58,858 nt of DNA from a virus (lineage: Duplodnaviria > Caudoviricetes): positions 1 to 58,858 of the IMG/VR virus record IMGVR_UViG_3300025626_000030, one strand, 5' to 3'. The notes under the pieces were generated by a model. That model made no database searches, was not told the origin of the DNA, and worked only from the letters and a program-made list of their open reading frames with translations. The position numbers and the translations under genes are program-made. This document shows, in pieces, positions 19,427 to 28,260 of this stretch; within the stretch, counting starts at the first letter, position 1, and the number at the start of each line of letters is the position of its first letter.

Positions 19427-21258
19427 CCCGCTGCCTCTCCATATGATTTACCACTGTCTGACTCACACGTTATCGGTAAGCCCTCTGCCCAATCGGGCGT
19501 AACACGCATACAACTTTCAATGAATGCCTGTCCTCGTACTAAGTCGTCAGTAGGTACGCAACACACTAATGAATCGTGTACGGTCAATGCTACCTTCTCC
19601 TGTTTGGCAACAGCCAACATCTGCTCACCGATGATACACCTAGCGATAGCCTGACACACGTTCTCACATAACTTACCGCCATAGATGCGGGTGTACCCGC
19701 GCCGAGTCTTGTACCTAAACTCCGGCCCGTGCTCCCCCTGCTCAAAATCTAACCCGTCATAACGCATAACCAAACCGGACGGCAGTAGTATTCCCATACC
19801 CGTAGCGGTTTCGACGGATTTAATAATCCCGTTCGGCCCAAGGGACATGGTTTCTCCACGGGACATTTTTACTATCATCTGTTGTAAGTCACGCCATAAC
19901 TTGTTTATCTTCCAGTTAGCGTCTCGGTAGATGTTAACTACCCTACGCCCCTCCTCCAACGGCATGACGTGACCAAATGTAGCCAACTGCTCTACAAACC
20001 TAACCGCTCCCATACCATAGCCACACCCTAGGATAGTCGTTTTGCCCACAAAGCGTTGCTCTTTGGTAACATCTTCTTCCGGTATGTCGTAAATCTTCGA
20101 CGCCATCTTTATATAAACGTCTTCCCCGTTCAGGAAAGCTGATACCAGATCATCCTGCCCAGCTACCCACGCCAACACCCGTGCCTCAATCTGCGAGGAG
20201 TCACAGTCAACCATCGTATACCCTTCGGGGGCAAGCATACTGTTCTTTAACTTCTTACCGTTCGTACCACGACTAGGTAGGTTCTGGATGTTGATCTTGT
20301 CATCGCCTCCCCACCTACCCGTATGCGCGGCGTAGTATCTTATCGGTACCGGCATTAGTCCGCGCTTGGCTATACCTATAAACCTCTCAGTACGCGACTC
20401 CTCCAACGTACTCTTGGTGCCTAACCTAGATGTTACCAATGTCTGTACCCTATGATCGGGGTGGTCAGCCAATGCCTTGAACTGCTCGTCACTCTTAGCA
20501 AACGCATAGGTCTGCTTACCAGTCGTTAGACTCTTCTTCATGGGGGGTATAACACCTAACCCCTCAAGTAACTCAGCGAACTTAGGGTTACTCATCAGCT
20601 CCTTCTTAGTCGCACCAGAAGACGCTATCAGGTCTTCTTTAATTTGCTTGGTAGATTCTAAGTGGTGCTCCAACAAGCCAAGGTCTAACTCTAGTATAGG
20701 GTCTACGAACATACGTAACGTGCAATCAATGATGCGTAGTTCTTGCTTGGGAAACCCTCTACCCATAATGTTAAACAATCTGTACGTTAACTCTACGTCA
20801 TTGATACAGTAGTCGCCATAACTGCTTAGTTCTTCTACGGTGAAATCTGTTCGGCGTTTACCGAGGGCGTCGAGTACTTCTGTTCCCTTCTTACCGATGT
20901 TATATCTTTCAGCGAGTGCAGCGAGTGATCCACCAACCTCAACCCCGTGTAAAGCACGGGCCATACACAAAGTATCACCGAGCAAGCGAGGATGCACATC
21001 AAACAACCAACTAAGAATAGCCCCATCGAACATAGTGTTGTGGCATAGTAGGATAGAGTTGGCCCAATCGAACGAGTGTAGATACTCTTTAAGTTCTTCG
21101 TGTGTGCCACTAGCCCACTCCGTTCCACCGTTGTTTACTTTTATACCTATACCGATCACCTCAAAGCGAGGGTCACGGATATAGGATTCAGTTGTCATCT
21201 TTCTTAAAGAGAAGTCTTTGTCATAATACGTTTCCAGATCAACCGTTATCAAGTCCAT
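19423..21258 (-). CDS. polA: DNA polymerase family A with 3'-5' exonuclease domain
   Basis: Exo I VDLET, HTGRWGG...NIQNLP, motif A DSSQIEARV, motif B RFVGKTTILGCGYG, motif C TVHDS. AGGAGG RBS before MDLIT. Confidence 0.92.
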   Translation of the reverse strand: MDLITVDLETYYDKDFSLRKMTTESYIRDPRFEVIGIGIKVNNGGTEWASGTHEELKEYLHSFDWANSILLCHNTMFDGAILSWLFDVHPRLLGDTLCMARALHGVEVGGSLAALAERYNIGKKGTEVLDALGKRRTDFTVEELSSYGDYCINDVELTYRLFNIMGRGFPKQELRIIDCTLRMFVDPILELDLGLLEHHLESTKQIKEDLIASSGATKKELMSNPKFAELLEGLGVIPPMKKSLTTGKQTYAFAKSDEQFKALADHPDHRVQTLVTSRLGTKSTLEESRTERFIGIAKRGLMPVPIRYYAAHTGRWGGDDKINIQNLPSRGTNGKKLKNSMLAPEGYTMVDCDSSQIEARVLAWVAGQDDLVSAFLNGEDVYIKMASKIYDIPEEDVTKEQRFVGKTTILGCGYGMGAVRFVEQLATFGHVMPLEEGRRVVNIYRDANWKINKLWRDLQQMIVKMSRGETMSLGPNGIIKSVETATGMGILLPSGLVMRYDGLDFEQGEHGPEFRYKTRRGYTRIYGGKLCENVCQAIARCIIGEQMLAVAKQEKVALTVHDSLVCCVPTDDLVRGQAFIESCMRVTPDWAEGLPITCESDSGKSYGEAAG

Positions 21259-21427
21259 CGTCATCCTCCTTGTCTTTGGGCACAGGACGTACCTCTTTGG
21301 GCGTAGAACGTACCTTATCTTTCTTCTTATTAAAGATGTTGTCCCAGTTATCCGCAAATGTACCTGCCGTGGGACGTTGCTTGTCCCCCTTACCACCGTG
21401 CGTATGACCTCTACTCATAATCTTCAT
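21239..21427 (-). CDS. Small basic protein (GKGDKQRP-type)
   Basis: About 60 aa; its N-terminus is duplicated in ORF 21997..22548. Confidence 0.6.
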   Translation of the reverse strand: MKIMSRGHTHGGKGDKQRPTAGTFADNWDNIFNKKKDKVRSTPKEVRPVPKDKEDDDGLDNG

Positions 21428-21428
21428 T

Positions 21429-21581
21429 CTATATATCCTTAAATGTAATTGCTTTGAAGCATTGTAAGTAAAAGTCTTTTATATCATTTCTCTCTTGCCA
21501 GAGAATTAAAGCTGGAACATAGACCGGTGAGATAATTAAATTTAGAATACCAAGACCAAAGTATTTAAGTTTCTTTTTCAT
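21429..21581 (-). CDS. 50-aa membrane peptide (not in the ORF track)
   Basis: Hand-translated MKKKLKYFGLGILNLIISPVYVPALILWQERNDIKDFYLQCFKAITFKDI*; fills the gap between neighbours. Confidence 0.55.
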   Translation of the reverse strand: MKKKLKYFGLGILNLIISPVYVPALILWQERNDIKDFYLQCFKAITFKDI

Positions 21582-21828
21582 TACTATTCCTTTTGCGCCT
21601 AGAATAAACTGTCAGCGACAAGCTAAAACATAGCCATTGCAACCCTATGTCTGTAGTTTCCCAAGGCTTAAACCTACCGCCATTTGTAACAGGGTTAGGC
21701 AGCCAAAACCACCAGTTGCGGCCAAAACGCGGCCTGCTTTTAGCGTCTAGCTCCCACTGTTCAAACTCAACGCCTTTACTGCTGCCAGCAACAATTAGGT
21801 TTATAAATATGTAATCGGTAATCTGCAT
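21565..21828 (-). CDS. Hypothetical Trp-rich protein
   Basis: 87 aa with GGAGGAA RBS, in the AT-rich islet. Confidence 0.5.
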   Translation of the reverse strand: MQITDYIFINLIVAGSSKGVEFEQWELDAKSRPRFGRNWWFWLPNPVTNGGRFKPWETTDIGLQWLCFSLSLTVYSRRKRNSNEKET

Positions 21829-21830
21829 TA

Positions 21831-22025
21831 CTATTCCTCCATATCAAATTCAAATGCTTCATCAAAGCCATTCATTATGTATTCAGCAATGCAGTTTGTT
21901 ATTGTATATTCATCAGGGGTATCGGTATGCTTGTGCGCCCTATGATAACCTGCACATGTACCTTGCTCGACTATCTGCTCTATCAGTTTATAAATTTTAA
22001 TTCTCATTGCGATACTCCACCTCAT
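21831..22025 (-). CDS. Hypothetical phage protein
   Basis: GYHRAHKHTDTP motif; true start probably MRIKIY. Confidence 0.6.
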   Translation of the reverse strand: MRWSIAMRIKIYKLIEQIVEQGTCAGYHRAHKHTDTPDEYTITNCIAEYIMNGFDEAFEFDMEE

Positions 22026-22548
22026 CTTGCATTACTTTGTACATAGCTGGACGCATGGTTTTCTGCTGCGTGTCTAAGATAGCTCTAAGGTGGTATGGGT
22101 TTAAGCCAGCAATTGTCACATACCTCAAAGGCTCGTCACCCTCCTTGCCGTAAGTTCCCCATTTGGCATGCAGCCTTATCACTTCGTGGGGGTAGTCGGT
22201 ATAAATAGTTAGCAGCTCTTCGTCGCCGTTAGCAGAGCATCTAACGTAGTCACAGCCGCCATCAAGCATGTACTCTTTGCCGTTGGCATCTGTATGGGTC
22301 ACATAATCGTGACGATGGATGGATTCAAGTATTGTGCCGTCAGGTGTCCGCATTCTACTGTTTAATATTGCTAGCTTTTCTTTCTTCTCCTTCTCTCTTC
22401 GTAATAATTCTGAACCACAGGGTTCTTCTCTACCTGTCTTCTTCTTACCAAAGATAGCATCGTAGTTATCTTCGTACTTCTTTTTGTCTGTGGGGCGTTG
22501 CTTGTCCCCCTTACCACCGTGCGTCTGGCCTCTACTCATAATCTTCAC
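21997..22548 (-). CDS. Hypothetical protein (GKGDKQRP peptide fused to a conserved phage domain)
   Basis: TPDGTILESIHRHDYV...MLDGGCDY domain follows the duplicated N-terminal peptide. Confidence 0.65.
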   Translation of the reverse strand: MKIMSRGQTHGGKGDKQRPTDKKKYEDNYDAIFGKKKTGREEPCGSELLRREKEKKEKLAILNSRMRTPDGTILESIHRHDYVTHTDANGKEYMLDGGCDYVRCSANGDEELLTIYTDYPHEVIRLHAKWGTYGKEGDEPLRYVTIAGLNPYHLRAILDTQQKTMRPAMYKVMQDEVEYRNEN

Positions 22549-23113
22549 CCACTAACTCGATAAGGCGTGACAGGTACCACTCAGCTTTCTGGAGGTCTTG
22601 CAGTGGGTCGTAAGCGTGCTTGGTCTCATAGCGCCAGAGGTACTTCATGCAGTTGCCCTTGAGATAGCCCGCGAACGCTGCGGTAGTCATGCTCTCCTCA
22701 ATAGCTTCGATACACTCGATGAGACCTGACTTGTAGTGGTCGGGGTTTATAGCATCGTCTTTCTCGTCTTCTTCAGCTATATCAGCAGCATCTGTTTCCC
22801 GCATGTACTTGTTATACTCTTCTTCGGCGTCTTCTTCTTTTCCCCAGTGTGTGGCAGCGCACTCCAACCACTTTGCTTTGTCTAGCGAATATGCTGCGGC
22901 GTCTCGCTCTTCTTCGGCTGCGTCCAGATACACCCGCATAAGAGACTCATCTATTGTTGGCGTTGCGGCTTTAACAGCCTCTGCACCTAGGTTAAACCCT
23001 TGCTCCACCGCTTCTACCACAAAGTCTACTATTGCGGGACTTTCTTTTCGCAGTCTTTCCCATTCGGCATCCAACGCGCCGCGTACTTTGGATTCTGATT
23101 TTTCATTGCCCAT
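22532..23113 (-). CDS. DUF3310 / T7 gp1.7-like nucleotide kinase domain protein
   Basis: INPDHYKSGLIECIEAI...GYLKGNCMKYLWRY...DLQKAEWYL. Confidence 0.75.
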   Translation of the reverse strand: MGNEKSESKVRGALDAEWERLRKESPAIVDFVVEAVEQGFNLGAEAVKAATPTIDESLMRVYLDAAEEERDAAAYSLDKAKWLECAATHWGKEEDAEEEYNKYMRETDAADIAEEDEKDDAINPDHYKSGLIECIEAIEESMTTAAFAGYLKGNCMKYLWRYETKHAYDPLQDLQKAEWYLSRLIELVGEDYE

Positions 23114-23403
23114 TTGTGTTCTCCGAGTAATTTTTCTATGTCGTTCATATTGGTTTCGTTTACTACGTACGCTAACCCGTACGCAGCGTTTATCTGGTCT
23201 AGGTTCATCTGCTGTAAAGCTGTTGGTGTGTTCTTACCCGCCTTACATTCGATACCAAAGAACTTCCCGTTGTAGCAACCTACTATGTCAGGCACTCCGC
23301 TCTTACCATATCCCCCAGTAGCAGGGAAAAAGTAGTAACACCCTAACGCTTTCAGTTGCTCAACTATCTTCTTCTTGACCTTACCTTCCGGCGTCATCGC
23401 CAT
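23029..23403 (-). CDS. VRR-NUC domain nuclease (Holliday junction resolvase-like)
   Basis: TPEGKVK...GVPDIV...IECKA...PTALQ. Confidence 0.85.
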   Translation of the reverse strand: MAMTPEGKVKKKIVEQLKALGCYYFFPATGGYGKSGVPDIVGCYNGKFFGIECKAGKNTPTALQQMNLDQINAAYGLAYVVNETNMNDIEKLLGEHKWAMKNQNPKYAARWMPNGKDCEKKVPQ

Positions 23404-23602
23404 ACTTATCTCCCATCTCCTTTACTTCTTTAACAGCGGACTCTATTCGTAGTAGGGTATCCCAACACGGCGCGTTTACCTTATTAATAAAACTGGACAC
23501 CGTGTTGATGTGTACTCCTGCTATGTCTGCTATATCCTGACGCCTACGGGATACGTAAGCGTCTATTCTTATTTTTTCGTAGATCGGATAAAGGTCGCTC
23601 AT
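23381..23602 (-). CDS. XRE/Cro-like helix-turn-helix protein
   Basis: RQDIADIAGVHINTVSSFIN...P..DTLLRI pattern. Confidence 0.7.
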   Translation of the reverse strand: MSDLYPIYEKIRIDAYVSRRRQDIADIAGVHINTVSSFINKVNAPCWDTLLRIESAVKEVKEMGDKYGDDAGR

Positions 23603-23614
23603 TGATACCAGTTC

Positions 23615-23803
23615 TCAGTTCGGGCGGGGGCAGTAACCTTGTCCCGCAGTGGTTATGTACACGGTGTTAGTTCCCCAACCTGACTTCCATTGGCATATTA
23701 CATCCCCAGAAGGGTACCGTTGTTCAGATATTTTTGTCCACCAGTTAGCATTGGCGGTGCTTGCTAGGGTTAATAGTGTTGCTATCAATAGATACTTCTT
23801 CAT
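23615..23803 (-). CDS. Small secreted protein with two cysteines
   Basis: Signal peptide MKKYLLIATLLTLASTANA, then about 43 aa with C...CP; GAGGA RBS. Confidence 0.65.
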   Translation of the reverse strand: MKKYLLIATLLTLASTANANWWTKISEQRYPSGDVICQWKSGWGTNTVYITTAGQGYCPRPN

Positions 23804-23846
23804 ATGTACATCCTCAGTTGTTTTGTATACATGTGTATACAGTTAG

Positions 23847-24125
23847 TTATTTCAATACCCAAAAAGTGTGTTCGTCAATACGCCTACCAACACCTTCTAT
23901 AGTGGGGGTCGGTGGAGTGGGGTCGCATAGGCATAACGCAGCAACGCGCCCTGCCAGCCACTCGGGTAACTCATTTACCTCATAGTAGCGCAGCATTTGC
24001 TCCTCGTCAACACAGTCTATGCCTATACATGTCACCTCGGCCTTATTGGTGGCGGTAAGTATCTTTACCCTGTAGATAGTATCAGTACCGTCAGGATCAC
24101 CCATAAACGTATCAGTCTGTGACAT
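23847..24125 (-). CDS. Hypothetical protein sharing a C-terminal motif with its upstream neighbour
   Basis: LPEWLAGRVAALCLCD...IEGVG; start probably MSQTDT. Confidence 0.6.
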   Translation of the reverse strand: MSQTDTFMGDPDGTDTIYRVKILTATNKAEVTCIGIDCVDEEQMLRYYEVNELPEWLAGRVAALCLCDPTPPTPTIEGVGRRIDEHTFWVLK

Positions 24126-25122
24126 AGAATATAGTCCTGTCGTAGTGGTAACCAACACCTTCTATGTATTCCTTCTCATCGCACATAGATAGTAGGGATA
24201 ACTTACCTGCAACCCATTCGGGTAGAGTGTCTTCGGTGTACTCAATCGTATCGCCTATCTCCTTACCTGAGTGAGTCATAGAGTAGTTGGGGTTGCGATT
24301 AATGCCATCCATCATGGCCATACTAAATACCTGTCTACCCCTAGACTCGTACACACGCACACAGTAATCGGTAGCGGCTGCACGTTGAGCGTTAGCTGAC
24401 TCATACGCCGCCATCTCATCACGTAGCTGTCTAAGGTGGGTCTCGAACTCCTTGTTAAGAAACCCCGTACCCATATCCAGTAGGTGAACCAACTCCTTAT
24501 ATAACGGCATAGCTTGCGTGTTCTTTACGTTGTAAGACTTGACCCCAATTTCATCGGTCAGTAGGTCAGCGTTACGGCGTAACTTGTCGAGTCCCTGTCT
24601 CGCTGCGGTAACGTACTCTTCCCGCGTTATCATAGTCAACTCCTTATGCGTTACCCTGCGTAGGTACTTCTTGGCGTTCTTGATCGCCTTGTTTATATCT
24701 TTTGACGCCGCTGAATACCGCTCACGCTTGCCTCTAGCGTACTTGTTGTTGTCTACGGTGTGACTCCACACGGTGTATATCAACTCGGAGTCTATAGTTA
24801 CTGTGTTCTCACCCCACCTGTACTTGGCGGGGTCATGGACGGTTATTACACCCATACAAAACGTATCTTCTGGCATGTATACGAATGCCCTAAACGTCTC
24901 AGTACCCGCTGCGTACCCCTCTACTACTTCGCACCCTCGGAATGCTTTCTTTACCCCATCCACAAACTCCATGAACTTGGGGCGTGCGCACGCTCTTGCG
25001 GTGTTTACAGTATCTACGTAACCAGAGCGAGTACTAAGCGCATCTACTCTATAAAAGTACGCCTCCTCGTACGTCCCCGCTTTAACTTTCGCCCGCGTTT
25101 CTGCTGGTCTAATTTCAGCCAT
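24112..25122 (-). CDS. Hypothetical early protein
   Basis: 336 aa; C-terminal LPEWVAGKLSLLSMCD...IEGVG. Confidence 0.7.
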   Translation of the reverse strand: MAEIRPAETRAKVKAGTYEEAYFYRVDALSTRSGYVDTVNTARACARPKFMEFVDGVKKAFRGCEVVEGYAAGTETFRAFVYMPEDTFCMGVITVHDPAKYRWGENTVTIDSELIYTVWSHTVDNNKYARGKRERYSAASKDINKAIKNAKKYLRRVTHKELTMITREEYVTAARQGLDKLRRNADLLTDEIGVKSYNVKNTQAMPLYKELVHLLDMGTGFLNKEFETHLRQLRDEMAAYESANAQRAAATDYCVRVYESRGRQVFSMAMMDGINRNPNYSMTHSGKEIGDTIEYTEDTLPEWVAGKLSLLSMCDEKEYIEGVGYHYDRTIFYVTD

Positions 25123-26330
25123 TACATATCTCCCGATTTGATGTGTACTGCCTTACCTACATCCGGTACGGCAAACTTGTTATTGAGTATTGTCCACAAC
25201 ACGGGACAGTCCCACTGACCCCAACCGGAATACAAATCCCCGTCAGTCAACACAACACACGCCTGTGGTTTGATGCTGTGCTCGGTCATGTAGTCGGTGA
25301 CACACGTAACATCAGTGCCACCACCTCCCGCTGGTTTGGTGGACGTAACCAGACCGTCTAACTCGTCTAGTGCATACACCTCGTCACCCACTACCTTGTG
25401 ACCCCAGTACAGTAAGCGTATCTTTTCAGGGTGTACGGTGTCACATATAGCCTTGACCTCTGATAGGAACGCGGTCAGGTCTGCCCGTTGTATGGAACCG
25501 GACGTGTCAACTGCGATCACTAACTCGCCAACCTGCTGACTGATACCAGTAGGCATATAGATACCCTGACTCATTAACCTACGGTTGGGGCGTGCGTATG
25601 TAGAGTAGTCACTACCTGCACACGTAGTCTGGATAAACTCACGCAACACCTCGCGCCAATCTACCTGCGGCTGTAGTAACTCGTCCAGACCTAGGTCACC
25701 CGTAGAACCTACCTTACCTGCGACCATCGCGCCCTGACGTATAGCCTCGTCAATGTCTCGCGCCAACTCGCGTTGCTCCTCCTCGGATAGTTCCTGCGCA
25801 CCTTCCCAGTCGTGCTCGTCCATACCACCTGACCCGTTAGTGGGTGTGCCTCCACCCTCCCCGGTAGACCTTTCGTTCTCTTCCATGTCCTTACGTATTA
25901 GGGTGAACACTTGAGCACTGTCCATGCCAGAGTACTTGTCATCTATAAGCCCCCCATCGGGTAGCTTGGCGAACCCATCGCGGTTGTCATCCCTGATCTT
26001 GAGGTTGATCACGTAGTCGCACGCCATGTTAGCGGTATGCGCGTCTATCTGCCACAGATGCTTCCATGTAGTTAGGTGACTGTATAGCTTGTGATAGTTC
26101 TCGTGTAGTACCAACCCACGCAATTCGGGGTCGGTCAGGCCAGCTACAAACGCACGTCCGTACTTCTCATCACGTCCATTAGTACACGCCGTAGATACGT
26201 CGTCACATATAGTCTTGTCGCCGATCATCAGTATGCCCGCTAGTGCTACATACTTGGGGTTACCCATGATGGCCACGACTGCCTTAGACAGTCGCTCTTC
26301 TGCTGAAAGTTTCTTACCGATAGCTAACAT
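25122..26330 (-). CDS. DUF2201-like metallopeptidase plus vWA domain protein
   Basis: TACTNG, HENYH (HExxH), NMACDYVIN, MIDAS motif DTSGS, GGGGTD and LTDG. Confidence 0.85.
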   Translation of the reverse strand: MLAIGKKLSAEERLSKAVVAIMGNPKYVALAGILMIGDKTICDDVSTACTNGRDEKYGRAFVAGLTDPELRGLVLHENYHKLYSHLTTWKHLWQIDAHTANMACDYVINLKIRDDNRDGFAKLPDGGLIDDKYSGMDSAQVFTLIRKDMEENERSTGEGGGTPTNGSGGMDEHDWEGAQELSEEEQRELARDIDEAIRQGAMVAGKVGSTGDLGLDELLQPQVDWREVLREFIQTTCAGSDYSTYARPNRRLMSQGIYMPTGISQQVGELVIAVDTSGSIQRADLTAFLSEVKAICDTVHPEKIRLLYWGHKVVGDEVYALDELDGLVTSTKPAGGGGTDVTCVTDYMTEHSIKPQACVVLTDGDLYSGWGQWDCPVLWTILNNKFAVPDVGKAVHIKSGDM

Positions 26331-26518
26331 TATATTCTCCCCGTAAATACTCGGATTCTACGTCCACATCTGAAACACCCTGACACCCAGTCACCGTTAG
26401 GTTGGGAGCACCGGCAATACCTATCGCGGCGCTCCTCTACGGTGGTGTACTTGCCACTTGTCCTAAACTTGCTAGGGTGTAACCTGAGTTGTAGCATTTC
26501 GCTACGTGTGATCTTCAT
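26330..26518 (-). CDS. Small zinc-finger-like protein
   Basis: CRC...CFRC; start MKITRS overlaps the ATPase stop. Confidence 0.5.
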   Translation of the reverse strand: MKITRSEMLQLRLHPSKFRTSGKYTTVEERRDRYCRCSQPNGDWVSGCFRCGRRIRVFTGRI

Positions 26519-27597
26519 ACCACGTCTGCCGCGAACATGTAGTTGTTCTTCATCGCCCACTGCGTAAAGTTCTTACTCTGCATTACGATGGAACGCTTGG
26601 CGTAGCTGTTGCTGCGTACACCCATAGCGAATAGACCCTGCGCTTCCTTATCGAGTCGCTCCAAGTACGTCACCCAGTTATCCACCCAGTCACGATCCAT
26701 AGCACCCAGTGCTCGGTACACAACCATACACACTGCCGATGCTGACTCGGGTACCTTGGCGTCGAGTGGTGACTGCTTAATAGAGGATAGACTAGGTAGC
26801 TGGTCTGCTAACTTGACAAACGCCATCATGTCCATAGCTGCGCGGTCACCTATCGTACCCATCAACGCTGCTGTTAACGTGTTGTCATCTAAGTGCTCAC
26901 GTTGGTGAAGCCAATCACTCGCAGCTTCCAACGAGCGGGGGGTAACAAAGGCGGCGCGTTGCTGCTTGGGGTGGTAGATGTACGGGTTGTCATCAGGGTT
27001 CTTCACATCCTCGAAGCCTTGCATTACTTGTGGGAACTCACGTACGAAACCTAACACTGACGGATGAAAGTTGTTGTTGATGCCATAGTCGATCCACTCG
27101 GTAGCGTCTGACTTACGCATGGTAACAACAGACATACGGTTACGGGCATGGGGAGGGATAATGTCACCTACACCCTCTGCACCTAGGTTGGTGGTTGCGA
27201 ACACGATGCTACCCTCGGGTAACTTCTTAGTGCCTACCTTACGTTCTAGCATGGTGACTAGCGTACCCAACTTGACTGCTGGATTGCCCTTACCCCACTC
27301 ATCGAACATCAGGATCACTGGCTTGTCTAGGTGAATACCAAACTCCTCATTGGGTAGGTAGGACACATAGCCTTCTTCTGTATTGAGGTTAGGGATACTA
27401 AGATCGCCTAGGTCTTTCGTCGTGCAATCAAAGTAGCACGGTACATGGTTGGGGAACTTATCTGCTAACGTCTTTAACAGCGTTGACTTACCAGACCCCA
27501 TATGCCCTTGGACTAACACGGTGCGCTCGGTGCCGCCTGTTGCGATTAGGTTTACAGTCTGGTCGATAGATAGTGCGTACATAGCTGATGTATTCAT
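26515..27597 (-). CDS. MoxR-like AAA+ ATPase
   Basis: Walker A GHMGSGKS, Walker B LMFDE, ATTN sensor, ARNR and TPRS. Confidence 0.85.
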   Translation of the reverse strand: MNTSAMYALSIDQTVNLIATGGTERTVLVQGHMGSGKSTLLKTLADKFPNHVPCYFDCTTKDLGDLSIPNLNTEEGYVSYLPNEEFGIHLDKPVILMFDEWGKGNPAVKLGTLVTMLERKVGTKKLPEGSIVFATTNLGAEGVGDIIPPHARNRMSVVTMRKSDATEWIDYGINNNFHPSVLGFVREFPQVMQGFEDVKNPDDNPYIYHPKQQRAAFVTPRSLEAASDWLHQREHLDDNTLTAALMGTIGDRAAMDMMAFVKLADQLPSLSSIKQSPLDAKVPESASAVCMVVYRALGAMDRDWVDNWVTYLERLDKEAQGLFAMGVRSNSYAKRSIVMQSKNFTQWAMKNNYMFAADVV

Positions 27598-27648
27598 AAT
27601 AGTATTACTCTCTTGGTTAGTTTGTATACATATGTATACAGGTTGGTG

Positions 27649-27897
27649 TTACTTGTTAGTGACAGTGTGATCAACATCAAAGTCGTATTTGTCGAACACC
27701 ACATACTCACGGGTGTCCCTGTGCTTAAAGTGGTGCGCCACCTCGGTCGAGTACATATGCATATAGTCCTCGGGGTTGTCCATACCTAGGATAATAGCTT
27801 CCTCGAACGCTACATTGGATGCGCCCTCGGCACGTACACGTATTATACGGTCAACTACATTCTGCCACTTGGACGTACATGGGTTCTTAATTTTCAT
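27649..27897 (-). CDS. Hypothetical early protein
   Basis: 82 aa with YMHMYS...HHFKHRDTREY. Confidence 0.55.
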   Translation of the reverse strand: MKIKNPCTSKWQNVVDRIIRVRAEGASNVAFEEAIILGMDNPEDYMHMYSTEVAHHFKHRDTREYVVFDKYDFDVDHTVTNK

Positions 27898-28085
27898 TAG
27901 AACACCTCCATTACGCGACCGCTCTCGGTCACGACTTTATAGTAAGACACACGCGGGGTACGCGTAGTGCGTAGGTAGTTATAGTGCTTGGTGCGCTTGT
28001 AGTTGCGCACACGTAACACGGTCTGCCCGTCTAGGTTACCCAGTATGGGTCTGTCGCTTGAGTCGAACGCTTCAATATAAAACAT
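27897..28085 (-). CDS. Hypothetical early protein
   Basis: 62 aa with GGAGGAG RBS and TAATG coupling. Confidence 0.55.
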   Translation of the reverse strand: MFYIEAFDSSDRPILGNLDGQTVLRVRNYKRTKHYNYLRTTRTPRVSYYKVVTESGRVMEVF

Positions 28086-28258
28086 TACATCTCCTCCAGT
28101 TCATTAGCATCAGCAGACTCAGCTACCCATGAGAAATCCATATTGCGGCTACTAGTGAACAGCTTGACGCTACCGTCCTCGTTGAGTAACTCGTTACCGT
28201 CCTCGTCAACTTTGTAGAACTGTATGTCCCACACTGCGATTGAATATTTTTTGTCCAT
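28085..28258 (-). CDS. 57-aa acidic protein (not in the ORF track)
   Basis: Hand-translated MDKKYSIAVWDIQFYKVDEDGNELLNEDGSVKLFTSSRNMDFSWVAESADANELEEM*; GGAG RBS; fills the gap exactly. Confidence 0.6.
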   Translation of the reverse strand: MDKKYSIAVWDIQFYKVDEDGNELLNEDGSVKLFTSSRNMDFSWVAESADANELEEM

Positions 28259-28260
28259 GA

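Noticed and set aside
21259-21396. Extended N-terminus of PolA given in the ORF track
   Set aside because: It overlaps ORF 21239..21427, and the AGGAGG RBS and Exo I motif support the start at 21258.
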